A stretch of 40,018 nucleotides of DNA from an uncultured Staphylococcaceae bacterium. GTDB lineage: Bacteria; Bacillota_I; Bacilli_A; ML615J-28; CAG-313. The stretch covers positions 1-40,018 of the forward strand of contig CAYVQA010000004.1 in assembly GCA_964453965.1 (NCBI GenBank). The letters run 5' to 3'. The notes under the pieces are model-generated. The model did not search any database and was not told where the DNA came from. It saw nothing but the letters and a program-made list of their open reading frames with translations. Below, piece by piece: positions 1 through 10,700 of this stretch. The first letter of the stretch is position 1. Each line of letters starts with the position of its first letter. Both the position numbers and the translations under genes were made by a program.

Positions 1-56
1 AAAAGAAGGATTTGGTTTTTTACCAGAGCCTTTTTCTATTATACGAGGAGAAAAAT

Positions 57-1247
57 ATGGTAAATTTATTACTTGCAATTATATATTTGGCATTTATAAG
101 TTTAGGACTACCTGATGGACTTTTAGGGGCTGGATGGCCTTCAATGTATAAAGAACTTATCGTTCCGATGTCATATGCGGGAATTGTATCAATGATAATT
201 GCGGCTGGAACTATTGTTTCTAGTTTATTTAGTGATGTATTAACAAAAAAATTAGGAACTGGGAAAGTTACATTAATAAGTGTTTTATTAACTGCATTAG
301 CGTTATTTGGCTTTGCGATAAGTAATTCTTTTTGGATGCTTTGTTTATTTGCAATTCCTTATGGTCTTGGTGCTGGAAGTGTTGATGCGTCAATTAATAA
401 CTATGCAGCTCTGCATTACAAAAGCTATCATATGAGTTGGCTTCATTGTATGTGGGGAGTAGGTGCTGCGATTGGACCATATGTTATGGGACTAGTCTTA
501 ACAAATGGTAAAAGTTGGCATTATGGTTATGGCTATATCGGAATTGTACAAATTATTTTAACACTTATTCTTTTATTTAGTTTACCTTTATGGAAAAAGC
601 CATCATCGATTAATGATGATGAAGAAAAAAAAGAAGATGATAAGAAGATAACATCGATAAAAGAAATTATTACAATTCCCGGTGTAAAAGCAATAATGAT
701 CACTTTTTTTTGCTATTGCTCGTTAGAATCAATTTCAGGCCTTTGGGCAAGTAGTTATCTAGTTATCCATCATAATATCGATTCAGAGTTAGCCGCAAGT
801 TATGCAAGTATGTTTTATATTGGAATTACGATAGGCAGAGGATTATGTGGCTTTTTGACATTTAAACTAAATGATACAAAAATGATTAGACTTGGAACAA
901 TTGTTATTGCAATAGGTAGCATTTTATTAATGATTCCGCTTGGAAATTTTATGGCCTTAGTATCACTTATTTTAGTTGGCTTAGGATGTGCACCAGTTTA
1001 TCCGTGCTTAATTCATTCTACTCCAATTCATTTTGGTAAAACAAAGTCACAAGCAATTATAGGTGTTCAAATGGCAAGTGCGTATGTTGGCACATGCTTA
1101 ATGCCGCCATTATTTGGACTACTTGCAAATAATATAAGTATTACTTTATTTCCATTTGTCATTTTTGCTATTTTAGTATTAATGGTTATAATGCATGAAA
1201 AATTAGTTAAAAAAACAAAAAAGGTTGAAAAACAGTGCAACAATTAG
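57..1247 (+). CDS. MFS transporter (FucP/sugar-porter-like, about 12 TM)
   Basis: Many hydrophobic helices, N-terminal FISLGLPDGLLGAGWP, MFS-type loop SDVLTKKLGTGK, GRGLCG in the second half. Start moved from TTG 12 to ATG 57 because GAGGAG precedes it. Confidence 0.85.
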   Translation: MVNLLLAIIYLAFISLGLPDGLLGAGWPSMYKELIVPMSYAGIVSMIIAAGTIVSSLFSDVLTKKLGTGKVTLISVLLTALALFGFAISNSFWMLCLFAIPYGLGAGSVDASINNYAALHYKSYHMSWLHCMWGVGAAIGPYVMGLVLTNGKSWHYGYGYIGIVQIILTLILLFSLPLWKKPSSINDDEEKKEDDKKITSIKEIITIPGVKAIMITFFCYCSLESISGLWASSYLVIHHNIDSELAASYASMFYIGITIGRGLCGFLTFKLNDTKMIRLGTIVIAIGSILLMIPLGNFMALVSLILVGLGCAPVYPCLIHSTPIHFGKTKSQAIIGVQMASAYVGTCLMPPLFGLLANNISITLFPFVIFAILVLMVIMHEKLVKKTKKVEKQCNN

Positions 1248-1262
1248 CTGCACTGTTTTTTT
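1228..1262. terminator. Bidirectional intrinsic terminator between convergent MFS and holA
   Basis: AAAAACAGTGCA-acaattagc-TGCACTGTTTTT, with A-run and T-run on the two sides; overlaps the last MFS codons. Confidence 0.8.
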
Positions 1263-1284
1263 AAAAAGATATTAATTAATAAAT

Positions 1285-2241
1285 TTATAATTTTAAAAGT
1301 AATAATTCTAAGCCAACATATTTATTGATACTACCAGTTTTAATTTTATAATCTAAATCGGCTAAGGCTGTAATATAATTGCTTAGTTCACTTTCATTAA
1401 AATTTTTAGCATCTTGAACCAAATAATAAGCACGCCCTTTATTAATATTGCAAATTGTCGCAATATCTTGATTAGAATATCCGGTAAGAAGAAGTTTTGA
1501 AGCTATTAAAAGTTCTGTAAAGGCTTTGCTAAGCATTCCAAGAAGTCCCAATGTGTCATTGGTTTGAAGTGATAATTCATGATAAATTTCTAATACTTTC
1601 GTACGATTTTTACTCATTACAGCTCTTGCTAAAGAAAAAATATCATCATCTAAATCTTTGCTAACAAGAAGTTTTACATCATCAATTGTAATTGTTCCGC
1701 CATTACCGGCGTATGAACTTAATTTTTCAATTTCATGCTCTGTTCTTACTAAATTATGATTTAAATATGTTAATAATAAACGTAAAGCATCATCTTTAAT
1801 AGTAACGCCATTAATCGATAATTTACGAATGATTATTCCGCCAAGTTCAATATCTTCAAGGCGTTTAACGTCATTAATTACTGCTTGTTTCATTAAAACT
1901 TTATAAAGGGGGCTATCACTTTTAATATCAATTCCCGTCGCATCAATAATTATAATGGTTGTAGGATTAGATTTTTTTAAATAATTAATGAATTCTTTAA
2001 CTTCCGGTGTCTCGGTTGTACTTGCGAGCATTTTTGGATTTCGTAAAATAAAAATCTTTTGTTCAGTTAAAAAAGGTATTGTGATTGCATCAGAAATTAC
2101 TTTTCGGAGATTAATAACTTCTAAATCATATTTAATAACTTCACTACTTGTTTTTTTCAATTCATCAATTAAACGATTAATTTTAGTTTTAATTACAGGT
2201 TCTTCACTACCTGTGAATAAATATAAATTATCAATATCCAT
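1285..2241 (-). CDS. holA: DNA polymerase III delta subunit
   Basis: LYLFTGSEE start, TIPFL, EIEKL...ITIDDV, IFSL, LADLDYKIKTG C-terminus; 318 aa; next to gpr as in Bacilli; RBS GAGGTG. Confidence 0.9.
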   Translation of the reverse strand: MDIDNLYLFTGSEEPVIKTKINRLIDELKKTSSEVIKYDLEVINLRKVISDAITIPFLTEQKIFILRNPKMLASTTETPEVKEFINYLKKSNPTTIIIIDATGIDIKSDSPLYKVLMKQAVINDVKRLEDIELGGIIIRKLSINGVTIKDDALRLLLTYLNHNLVRTEHEIEKLSSYAGNGGTITIDDVKLLVSKDLDDDIFSLARAVMSKNRTKVLEIYHELSLQTNDTLGLLGMLSKAFTELLIASKLLLTGYSNQDIATICNINKGRAYYLVQDAKNFNESELSNYITALADLDYKIKTGSINKYVGLELLLLKL

Positions 2242-2261
2242 TTTGCACCTCTAACAAAATA

Positions 2262-2270
2262 ATTATACCA
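2262..2270 (-). promoter_or_regulatory. Extended -10 (TGgTATAAT) of holA promoter
   Basis: Minus strand reads TGGTATAAT about 20 nt upstream of the holA start. Confidence 0.55.
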
Positions 2271-2316
2271 CAAAGAAATAAAAAAAATAAAAAAATAGCA
2301 ATTATTAATTAATTTG

Positions 2317-2345
2317 GTATAAATTACCCTTTGATGGTAAAAATA
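2317..2345 (+). promoter_or_regulatory. SigF/SigG-type forespore promoter of gpr
   Basis: GTATA-N14-GGTAAAAATA versus SigF consensus GYATA-N15-GGnnAnAhTr; gpr is SigF/SigG-controlled in B. subtilis. Confidence 0.6.
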
Positions 2346-2369
2346 AAAAAAACAAATATGAGGTGAATT

Positions 2370-3347
2370 ATGAATAATCAAAAGAAAATGTTTAGAACAG
2401 ATTTAGCGCTAGATGAATTTGAGTATTTAAAAAATATTCAAAACGAAAAAGCTTATAGTAAAAAAAGTTATAATGGGTTTGATGTTTACTACCTAAATAT
2501 TGATGAAAATTTAAGTAACAAAATAAATAAAAAAAAGGGATTATATTATACAATTGATTTAACAAATCATAATTATCATAATTATCAAGAATCTGAAAAA
2601 ATTGAAGATGTAGTATCCCAAATATTAAAGGAATTAATCGCCAAACATAATTTAACAAAAAAGAGATGCTTAGTTATTGGTTTAGGAAACGATAATGTTA
2701 CACCTGATGCTTTGGGACCATATGCATTAGATCATATTATTGTGACTAGACATTTATTTGTAGAAAACCATATTAATGGTAATTATTCTGAAGTAAGTGG
2801 AATAACGCCAGGTGTTATGGGAAATACGGGAATTGAAACATTTGATATTATTAAAAGTATTATTAACACAGTCGAACTTGATTATTTAATTGTTGTTGAT
2901 GCGCTTGCATCTAGTTCTATAACGCGAATTAATAATACAATTCAAATAACAGATACGGGAATTAGTCCAGGCTCTGGGGTTGGAAATAAACGAAAAGAAT
3001 TATCATTTGAATCATTAGGCTTACCTGTAATTGCAATCGGTGTGCCAACAGTTGTTGACTATGCGACAATAACAGTAGAAGTAATAAATTTAGTCCTAGA
3101 TTTTTTAAATGAAAAAATGAATATTAATCAAGCAGATGATTATAAAAAAACAACTGAAATTGAAAATTATTTTTTTGGCGAAATTGGCAAACTTACAAAT
3201 GAAGAAAAAAATGAATTAATAAGACAAGCCATAAAAAGTAATGGAAATAATTTAATGGTTACACCGAAAGATGTAGATATGGAAATCGAAGATTTAGCAA
3301 AAATAATCGCAATGTCAATTAATAAAACTTTACATAGCCAAGTATAA
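2370..3347 (+). CDS. gpr: Germination protease GPR (peptidase A25, SASP-degrading)
   Basis: RTDLA propeptide junction, VIGLGNDNVTPDALGP, VVDALA, IQITDTGISPGSGVGNKR, GVPTVVD, LMVTPKDVD. Confidence 0.95.
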   Translation: MNNQKKMFRTDLALDEFEYLKNIQNEKAYSKKSYNGFDVYYLNIDENLSNKINKKKGLYYTIDLTNHNYHNYQESEKIEDVVSQILKELIAKHNLTKKRCLVIGLGNDNVTPDALGPYALDHIIVTRHLFVENHINGNYSEVSGITPGVMGNTGIETFDIIKSIINTVELDYLIVVDALASSSITRINNTIQITDTGISPGSGVGNKRKELSFESLGLPVIAIGVPTVVDYATITVEVINLVLDFLNEKMNINQADDYKKTTEIENYFFGEIGKLTNEEKNELIRQAIKSNGNNLMVTPKDVDMEIEDLAKIIAMSINKTLHSQV

Positions 3348-3370
3348 AAAATTAATAAATGACATATTAT
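3342..3370 (+). promoter_or_regulatory. Putative SigE-type promoter
   Basis: gtATA-N16-CATATTAT at the end of gpr, where B. subtilis has a spoIIP promoter. Confidence 0.35.
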
Positions 3371-3374
3371 TAGT

Positions 3375-3626
3375 ATGAATTATAAAATATTAATAATGGT
3401 ATTTCTTGCAATAATATGCTTTATAAATAATTTAATGATTAATTTTGATGTTCTTCAAGAAATCACAGAAAACGTTGAAGTAACTGCATTATTAATTGAT
3501 AAAGCAGCAGATGTAAAACCTTTAAATTATTTTAAAATGCTTTATAGATATTTAGTGTATTATGTTTATTTTTATGATCCTTGTTCACAACTTACAGTTT
3601 TTGAATTAATTACACTAGGAGGTTAA
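3375..3626 (+). CDS. Small membrane-anchored protein at the spoIIP position (possible SpoIIP N-terminal remnant)
   Basis: N-terminal hydrophobic helix, 83 aa, fills the gap between gpr and the next gene, whose RBS (AGGAGG) lies in its 3' end; no SD of its own. Confidence 0.5.
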   Translation: MNYKILIMVFLAIICFINNLMINFDVLQEITENVEVTALLIDKAADVKPLNYFKMLYRYLVYYVYFYDPCSQLTVFELITLGG

Positions 3627-3628
3627 TA

Positions 3629-3883
3629 ATGAAAAAAGTAATCTATTTTATTATTTTAATTGGAATTTTTGTTTTAGGATTAGTATTAGGCACTAAAGAT
3701 ACAATGAGTAAAAACCAATTAATTGACAATGCAAAAAATAATTTTGAAACTTCAATTACAAATCCAAATAATGATTATCAAATATTAAATAATGAATATG
3801 AAGAAAATATTTTTAATACTTCCGCAAATTTTATAGATAAAATCATTCAAAAAATAATCAACAAAATTAAAAGCAAAATTTAA
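3629..3883 (+). CDS. Small membrane protein, YqxA/DUF3679-like
   Basis: Strong RBS, N-terminal TM ending FVLGLVLG, amphipathic C-terminal helix; position matches gpr-spoIIP-yqxA of Bacillus. Confidence 0.55.
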   Translation: MKKVIYFIILIGIFVLGLVLGTKDTMSKNQLIDNAKNNFETSITNPNNDYQILNNEYEENIFNTSANFIDKIIQKIINKIKSKI

Positions 3884-3912
3884 AAGGTCAATAAAAGGCC
3901 TTTTATTTTTTT
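3881..3912 (+). terminator. Intrinsic terminator
   Basis: TAAAAGGTC-aataaaa-GGCCTTTTA followed by T7. Confidence 0.65.
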
Positions 3913-3937
3913 AAGCGAATATTTCTTGTTTTGAAAA

Positions 3938-3962
3938 CCTTTACTAAAAGCCTTTACTAAAA
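3938..3962 (+). repeat. Tandem 12-bp direct repeat CCTTTACTAAAA just upstream of the fibre-locus promoter
   Basis: Exact copies at 3938-3949 and 3951-3962; related TTCACTAAA inside the promoter spacer. Confidence 0.7.
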
Positions 3963-3972
3963 AACATAATAC

Positions 3973-4001
3973 TTGCAATTTTCACTAAATAATGATATTA
4001 T
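3973..4001 (+). promoter_or_regulatory. SigA promoter of the first fibre-locus operon
   Basis: TTGCAA-N17-TATTAT with TG extension; overlapping TATAAT at 3999-4004. Confidence 0.65.
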
Positions 4002-4054
4002 AATACTAATAATACAATAGGTTATTATATTCATAGGAAATACGGGTGAATAAA

Positions 4055-5323
4055 ATGAAAAAAAATTCAATATATTTTAAGAAATATAGTATGGTTTTTT
4101 TAATGTTAGTGCTTATCGTTATTATCGCAAATCTTTGTAAAGAAACATCGCCATTTAGCTATGCTAAATATCGTACAAGTGTAGATTTAATCGATTCATC
4201 AAGAATTGCAAAATGGAAAATAACGAAAGAATCATTATTAGATGGTGTAAATATTCAGTTGGATTCAGGAATCAGAACTGAAGTACTAGATGAAAGCGGT
4301 AATTGGGTATTTCAAATTTCTAATGAATCAGAAGTATATGCTTCAATTGATTTAAATTCAAAAATACGCATTCGGTTAGATAATGATTCATTCAAAAGAG
4401 ATAGCGATTTAACAATTGAATGGAATTTTTTAAAAGAACAATCCCAAAGTATTGACAATCCTATTTCATTTAATATCGTAGCTTATAAAACAAATATTAA
4501 TAATTTATTAAAATTTCAAACTGAAAATGAAACTATTTCTTATGATGAATATCAAAATTTAGATTCATCATTAAAAAATAAATATCGTCAAATAATTGAC
4601 TCTAAAGTTGCACAAACATCAGATAAAATTTCAATTCTCAATTTAAATAAAAATAGTTCAATCAAATTTACATTAGATAGTGAAAATATAAATTCAAAAA
4701 TAATTTATTTTTATTATGTTGATATAAAATTACAAGATATCGTAAATAATTTACAAGAAAATAAAAATATTTTTAATTTAGAAATTGATGAAAATAAAGA
4801 TATAACATTTGTTATTAATTGGAATGTATCAAATAGTTCAACTGGAGAAGGAATCACCGATGAAAATAAATTTTATAATGCTTTTCAAGTTTTTTCAGAT
4901 GAAGTTCCAGAAGGATACACTATATATTCTAATATAACCGGTAATCCTTATTCGATTGATGGAATAAATTATTATATTTGTTCCTCAAAACAAATGAATT
5001 TTTACGAATATACGAAATATAGTAGCTCTTTAATAGGTAATGAACCAGGGTTTAATTTTACGTCTGATTTAGGCGGAATTGTTAGAGTAAAGTATTCTGA
5101 ATTAAATGATGAACAAAAAAACAAAATATTATCTTATTCAGCTCCAAATGCATCTTCAACACTTAATGATATAAAAAAATATGTTGAAAGATTAGAATAT
5201 CTTCAATATACAAGCTTTTTAAAGGATAATGACGAATTACAATCAGCTTTAGGTTATTTAAGCTATGGCTTAAAAGTAAATATACAATTTGATCTTAATG
5301 TTGGACAAGTAGTACCAGAGTAA
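4055..5323 (+). CDS. Secreted TasA/CalY-like (SipW-class signal peptide) fibre subunit, large/minor
   Basis: Signal peptide then SYA|KYRTSVDLIDSSRIAKW; FQISNESEV, INWNV and terminal FDLNVGQ parallel the 16283 protein (IVVTNKSEV, VYWKW, ITLTAEQ). ATG 4055 preferred over GTG 4046. Confidence 0.65.
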   Translation: MKKNSIYFKKYSMVFLMLVLIVIIANLCKETSPFSYAKYRTSVDLIDSSRIAKWKITKESLLDGVNIQLDSGIRTEVLDESGNWVFQISNESEVYASIDLNSKIRIRLDNDSFKRDSDLTIEWNFLKEQSQSIDNPISFNIVAYKTNINNLLKFQTENETISYDEYQNLDSSLKNKYRQIIDSKVAQTSDKISILNLNKNSSIKFTLDSENINSKIIYFYYVDIKLQDIVNNLQENKNIFNLEIDENKDITFVINWNVSNSSTGEGITDENKFYNAFQVFSDEVPEGYTIYSNITGNPYSIDGINYYICSSKQMNFYEYTKYSSSLIGNEPGFNFTSDLGGIVRVKYSELNDEQKNKILSYSAPNASSTLNDIKKYVERLEYLQYTSFLKDNDELQSALGYLSYGLKVNIQFDLNVGQVVPE

Positions 5324-5330
5324 ATATATT

Positions 5331-5879
5331 ATGAAAAAAATTTATAAAATAATTCAAATTCTAAAAATTATCTTTTATGCTTTAATTATATTACTAATTA
5401 TTTTATCGGGATATTACATCATTAAAAGAATAAAAGACAAACAAAATCCAAGTAAGATTTTTGGGTATTATATTGTTGAAGTTGCACCGGGAAGCGGTAG
5501 TATGTATAATCCAGATGACGAATATAAAGATATTACTCTTTCACCAGGTGATTTATTATTTATCAAACCGCTTAAAGATGAAGAATATAAAATTGGAATG
5601 ACAATAACATTTTATGATGAAAATAAAAATATTACTACTCATCAAATAATTAGATTTGAAAATGATTTAATTATTACTAAAGGTATTAACAAAAATAATA
5701 CAGAGGATAAACCAATTACGTATCAACAAATAATAGGAAAAGTTGATCATGTATGGCATAGTTTTCGCAAAACAGCAAATTTCTTTATTTCACCAAAAGG
5801 AATAATAATAACTATTTTTACTATATTTGCAATAAATTTTGCTTTTGAATTTTTAGATAAGAAATTAAAAGTAAAATAA
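5331..5879 (+). CDS. sipW: Signal peptidase I, SipW/ER-type (S26B), copy 1
   Basis: N-terminal TM, PSKIFGY...SGSM (Ser), PGDLLFIK, ITF, TTHQII (His), TKGINKNNTED, IIGKV, C-terminal TM. Confidence 0.85.
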   Translation: MKKIYKIIQILKIIFYALIILLIILSGYYIIKRIKDKQNPSKIFGYYIVEVAPGSGSMYNPDDEYKDITLSPGDLLFIKPLKDEEYKIGMTITFYDENKNITTHQIIRFENDLIITKGINKNNTEDKPITYQQIIGKVDHVWHSFRKTANFFISPKGIIITIFTIFAINFAFEFLDKKLKVK

Positions 5880-5901
5880 TAAGTTAGAAAGGAGAAGCCG
5901 A

Positions 5902-6561
5902 ATGAAAAATAAAAAACTTTTATTAATGCTTATGTTTTATGTTCTATTTATAACAGCATTATATTTTTCATCAAAAACATTAACAAGATATTTTTCACAT
6001 AATGATATTAATGGTAGTTTTGATATTGGGAAAAAGTTGTATTTTCAATATGAACGTGGTGATTTATTTCGTAATAATCAATTAATTGTCGGCACTCCAA
6101 TTGAAGAAAAAAACTATGACGATGAAGGAAATCTTATTTCAATTAATCGAAGAATCGAAACAATGAACGTAATTCCAGGTGATAAATTAGTTTACCATTT
6201 CTATTTCAGTAATTATAATTTAGAAACATTAGAAGCTAATGGTGTTGATGGTGTTTTTCATGCATATGGAACGTCACTTTTATCTATTCCTGTTCAAGGA
6301 CAAACATATGATTTAAATTGCGAAATTAAATATCGAAAAGTTGATCAGGATGGAACAGCTTTATCATCATATAAGTCATTTACTTCTGACTTAGATGAAA
6401 ATTTACCAATATATGATAAAAACAATAGTGATAGCTATATTCGATACGAATTTCAAATTGCGGTTACATTAGATGATCAAATTGAATCAACCGATAAAGA
6501 TGATTATTTTGGTGCAACACTTTCAATCTACTTATCGATTGTTGCGGCGAATAAGATATAA
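5902..6561 (+). CDS. Secreted TasA/camelysin-like fibre subunit
   Basis: Signal peptide then TLT|RYFS; NVIPGDKLVYHFYFSN (TasA/CalY-type PGD...N motif); C-terminal DDYFGATLSIYLSIVAAN resembles the TasA-family N-x-YQG...A-x-Q end. Confidence 0.65.
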   Translation: MKNKKLLLMLMFYVLFITALYFSSKTLTRYFSHNDINGSFDIGKKLYFQYERGDLFRNNQLIVGTPIEEKNYDDEGNLISINRRIETMNVIPGDKLVYHFYFSNYNLETLEANGVDGVFHAYGTSLLSIPVQGQTYDLNCEIKYRKVDQDGTALSSYKSFTSDLDENLPIYDKNNSDSYIRYEFQIAVTLDDQIESTDKDDYFGATLSIYLSIVAANKI

Positions 6562-6575
6562 GAAGGGGTGATAAA

Positions 6576-7751
6576 ATGAATGAAAAACAAAAATTTCAAA
6601 CCAATTTAAAAATATTCCTCTTCATATTAACAATATTTTTATTTACAGTAATTATTTGTTGTAATTTAATAATGCAAACAAATACTCGCTATATTAAAAA
6701 AGAAACAGATGAAATAAGAGGCTATTATACAAGTTTATATTTTCAAGGTACGGGGGAAGGAAATTGTATTGTTTTAGAAAATAACGTAGGATTTACAACA
6801 TTTGAGTTGATGAATTATATTGGAGAAGATGTAACTAAAAGAAATATTGAATATAATATTCGTACTTTAGAAACCTATTATGACAAAAATGGTAATGTTA
6901 TTATTCCAAATGATGAAGTTAATCAAGATTTATATGTTAAAGATGTTTGGGGGAATCCAAAACCAATCGCCAATAACACATATAAGTATAAATATGAAGT
7001 GATTGAAAATACAGGCGAAACAGGAAGTGGTGGAACATCAGGTGGCGATTATCAGTTTACTTATCAACAAGATGGCACGAAAGATATTGGAAAAAAACAT
7101 TCAGTTACGTTAAAAGTTATACGCGATTCAGAATTGACAGAAAAAATGGAACAAATATCAATTGTTGTTGACTTAATAAAACCATACAAAGAAGTTTATA
7201 TCATTAATATGATAATTGTAAATCGTTTAATTGCTTTTACACAAACAGACCATTCGATGTTTAATATTGACTTTAAATCGTTAAATATTCAAACAGCAGA
7301 TATTTTTACAAGAAATATTTCGATTAATGATAATATTTATGCGATTTCTTCAAAAGCATTTAAAGTTACGCTTATATGGGAAAATTTGATTTTTGATGAG
7401 CGCAATTTATCAATTATTCACAATGTCGTTAGTTTAGAAGAAATAATAAATAAACTAAATGGCAACCCTGATTCAAGCAATATTGATATTAGTAAATCAT
7501 ATTTAATAAATTTAAGTTACGAAAGTTCATCGAGCGGAAGATTAGAATTATACATTCCACAAAGTGCGAATATTAATTTTGATTTTTTACCAACAAATGA
7601 CATATATAATGTATATGCAAAAGTTGAAATATTTTCAAATAATAATTATGTTTTATATGATGATAATTATGGGGGATATTCTGAAACTGAAAGAAATAAT
7701 ATAGATTTAATTTATGTTTTAGGGAATAATGAAAATGAATTAATCCACTAA
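6576..7751 (+). CDS. Secreted SipW-class accessory/minor subunit
   Basis: Signal peptide then TNT|RYIKK...LYFQG; beta-rich; Gly-rich loop GETGSGGTSGG; RBS AGGGGTG. Confidence 0.55.
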   Translation: MNEKQKFQTNLKIFLFILTIFLFTVIICCNLIMQTNTRYIKKETDEIRGYYTSLYFQGTGEGNCIVLENNVGFTTFELMNYIGEDVTKRNIEYNIRTLETYYDKNGNVIIPNDEVNQDLYVKDVWGNPKPIANNTYKYKYEVIENTGETGSGGTSGGDYQFTYQQDGTKDIGKKHSVTLKVIRDSELTEKMEQISIVVDLIKPYKEVYIINMIIVNRLIAFTQTDHSMFNIDFKSLNIQTADIFTRNISINDNIYAISSKAFKVTLIWENLIFDERNLSIIHNVVSLEEIINKLNGNPDSSNIDISKSYLINLSYESSSSGRLELYIPQSANINFDFLPTNDIYNVYAKVEIFSNNNYVLYDDNYGGYSETERNNIDLIYVLGNNENELIH

Positions 7752-7765
7752 GGAGGTGAAGTAAT

Positions 7766-10700
7766 TTGAATATTGGAAAAAAACTTTATAAATGGGCATC
7801 ATTAATAATAATTTCAGTAAGTGTTTTTATAATTGTTTTATTCTTTGTTTTATTAAAAAAAACAATGCAAATTAATGCAAGTGATCAGCAATATACAATT
7901 ACCATTAATAAAGTTTCAACTGTTTCAATTTATATAACTGGTAGTGGTGTAAAATTAGTAAGTGATGATATTTCAAAATCAATTTATCAAGTTGATGAAA
8001 ATACGGAATTCACTTTAACATCAGTTAATGAATCACGACTATTTAAAAATTGGGTTATTAAGACTGAGGCGAATGAAAGTACAATAGGTGATGGTAGTAC
8101 TGAGAAAAAATTAAGTTTAACCGCAACACAAAATTTAAACATTAATTTGAAAAGAGTCGATCCAACAATTAATGATTTAGGTAAATATATCGATAATTCA
8201 TTTTTACTTTCATCAGAGGCCGATTTATTAAATTTAGATACCATCTTTAATGAAAAAATAAATAATAATGTTTCAAATACAGAATTGCTAGCCGCATACA
8301 CGAATTTTTTTAATTCAGATCCGACATTTAAAGAAACAATTATTGATTCTGATTCTTCGGAAACTCCTTTGACTGAACAAGAAAAAATTAATTTTATCAA
8401 TAACAATAATTATTTTGAACGTATTCAAAATGGTTATTATAAAGTTGAAGAATCTTTTACAGTATTAAAAAATACTTTTCAAGGAATAGGCTCTAAGGAT
8501 TATCCTTTTAAAGGTGTTATTTGTGGTTTGAATAATTCAAATTCATCAAATGCACAAATATTCTTAAGTATAAATGCGACAGAAAATAGTGAGGACTTAT
8601 ATCTAGGATTATTTAAATATCTTGATCAAAATGCTGTAATTCGAAATTTAATCATCAAAAACTCAATTGGCGTATCAATGAGCAAAACAAATACTAATCA
8701 AAATGTTTATGCTGGAGGGCTAGCGGCGTATATTGATAATTCATTATTATTAAATTTAAATATCTCATCAACCCTAAATATTGAAACAACAAATATGAAC
8801 ATTTATGCTGGTGGCATAGCTGGAATAATGAAGGGTGGAATTGATGATATAAGTAATGTAGATTTAGTTTTTAATAATAACACATGGGTTCTAACTTCTG
8901 GAATAGGCAGTAATATTTATGGTGGATTAGTTTCAGGTTATGCAGAAGATTTATATATTAATAAAATTAATATCGATGTATCAGGATTTTCAATTAATGC
9001 TAAAAATATTTCAGAAAATTCACAAGAATATAGCCAATCAACAAATACTTATTTAGGAAATTTATTTGGTTACTATAAAAACAATGAAATACGTAAAATT
9101 GAAAATATTAATATTTATGGTGACAATAAAGAATATATTCATGCGGATATATCTTCAGGAAATAATTATGTTGGTGGTTTAATTGGCTATCTTGAAACAA
9201 ATAAAGAATTAATTCTTGGAAAAGTAGAATTTAATCTTGATACACAAAAAACAACAGAAATAATTGCGGAATCATTTAATGAAGATAGTAAAGCCAATTT
9301 ATTTGTGGCAGGTTTAGTTGCTTATGTTAAAGGCGATACTTTTACAACAAATGACTCATTTAAAAACGGTATTATTGATACAATTGTTGATGGTAAAAAA
9401 ATTGAAAGTTATCAATATTTGTTTAATATGCCATTAGAAATAATTGCAAAACAACAAGGTATCCAAGCAAACAGTGAAACATACGGAAGTACGATTGCGG
9501 CTGGCCTTGTTGCTGAAGGCTATTTAAATATCAATGGTAGTGATGAAAAAAGAAGTAATATTTTAATTACTTCAGGAAAATATCCATTAACAATTAATGC
9601 AATTCAAACTTCAATGTCAAATCATGAAAATACAGTATCTACAGATTATGTTAGTAGTGGAAACTTAGTTAATAATAATCGTCATTGTTTATCTTCACTT
9701 GTTTTTGGTTATATTTCGCCTGCAAATGATACAACCAATTTTACATATCAAAATATAAATATTTATGGTAATAATTTGACCATTGAATCAAGCCGAGATA
9801 TTGGATCAAGGTCATTAGGTGATGTAAATGCGGCGGGATTTATATGTTATGCTAAAGGAAGAAATTTTAAAAATATTGCGATGTACTTAGGAGAACAAAC
9901 AGCAATTAATGCTAATTCATTATCATATGAGGTTGGTTATGCTGGTTCAAGTAATGCTAAATATCAAAGTAATAATAATAACTATGTTAGTTCATTTATA
10001 AGCCACCTAATTGGAATATCAACAACTGATGGAACAACCGAAATAAATAACATAAAAATAACAGGATATGATTTTAATAAACAAATTGAGGTCGGTTCAT
10101 CTGTTAATATTCAAGGTATCCAAAATACTAAAGCAATTAATAATGGCTCAGGATGTGCTAATTATACAAATGAAAATAATGTAGGTGGCGTTTTTGGATG
10201 TACTAGAGGGGAACTAAATATTAATAACATTACTTTAGAAGGAAATGAAACAAATAAAACACAAATAGTAATGCAAGGACACCGTGATCCGAATTCAGCT
10301 TTTGTTGGTGGGATTATTGGCTTTTCAAAATTATTAAACGATACCAGCCTTACAAAAACATCACAAACAATTACAAACACATTTGTAAAAAATGTTAATA
10401 TTTATGGTAATGCAACAATTGATAAAAATGCTAATTATGGTAATCCCGATATTTATTCTGGTGGAATTGTTGGTGCTTGTTACGCAGATTCAAATGGTGG
10501 AACAATTAGTATTGATAACGCAAAAATCATTAATTCAGAAATTAATGGAAATGGAAATGAACGAATTGAGGTTTATACAGGCGGAATTCTAGGAACAATT
10601 ACCTGGAGTGGCGCAGCTATAATCAAAAATGCGGCAGTTTATAAAACAAAAATTACTTCATCAGTAGACGCATCAAGTCAAATTAGTTTTCAAAGAGGTT

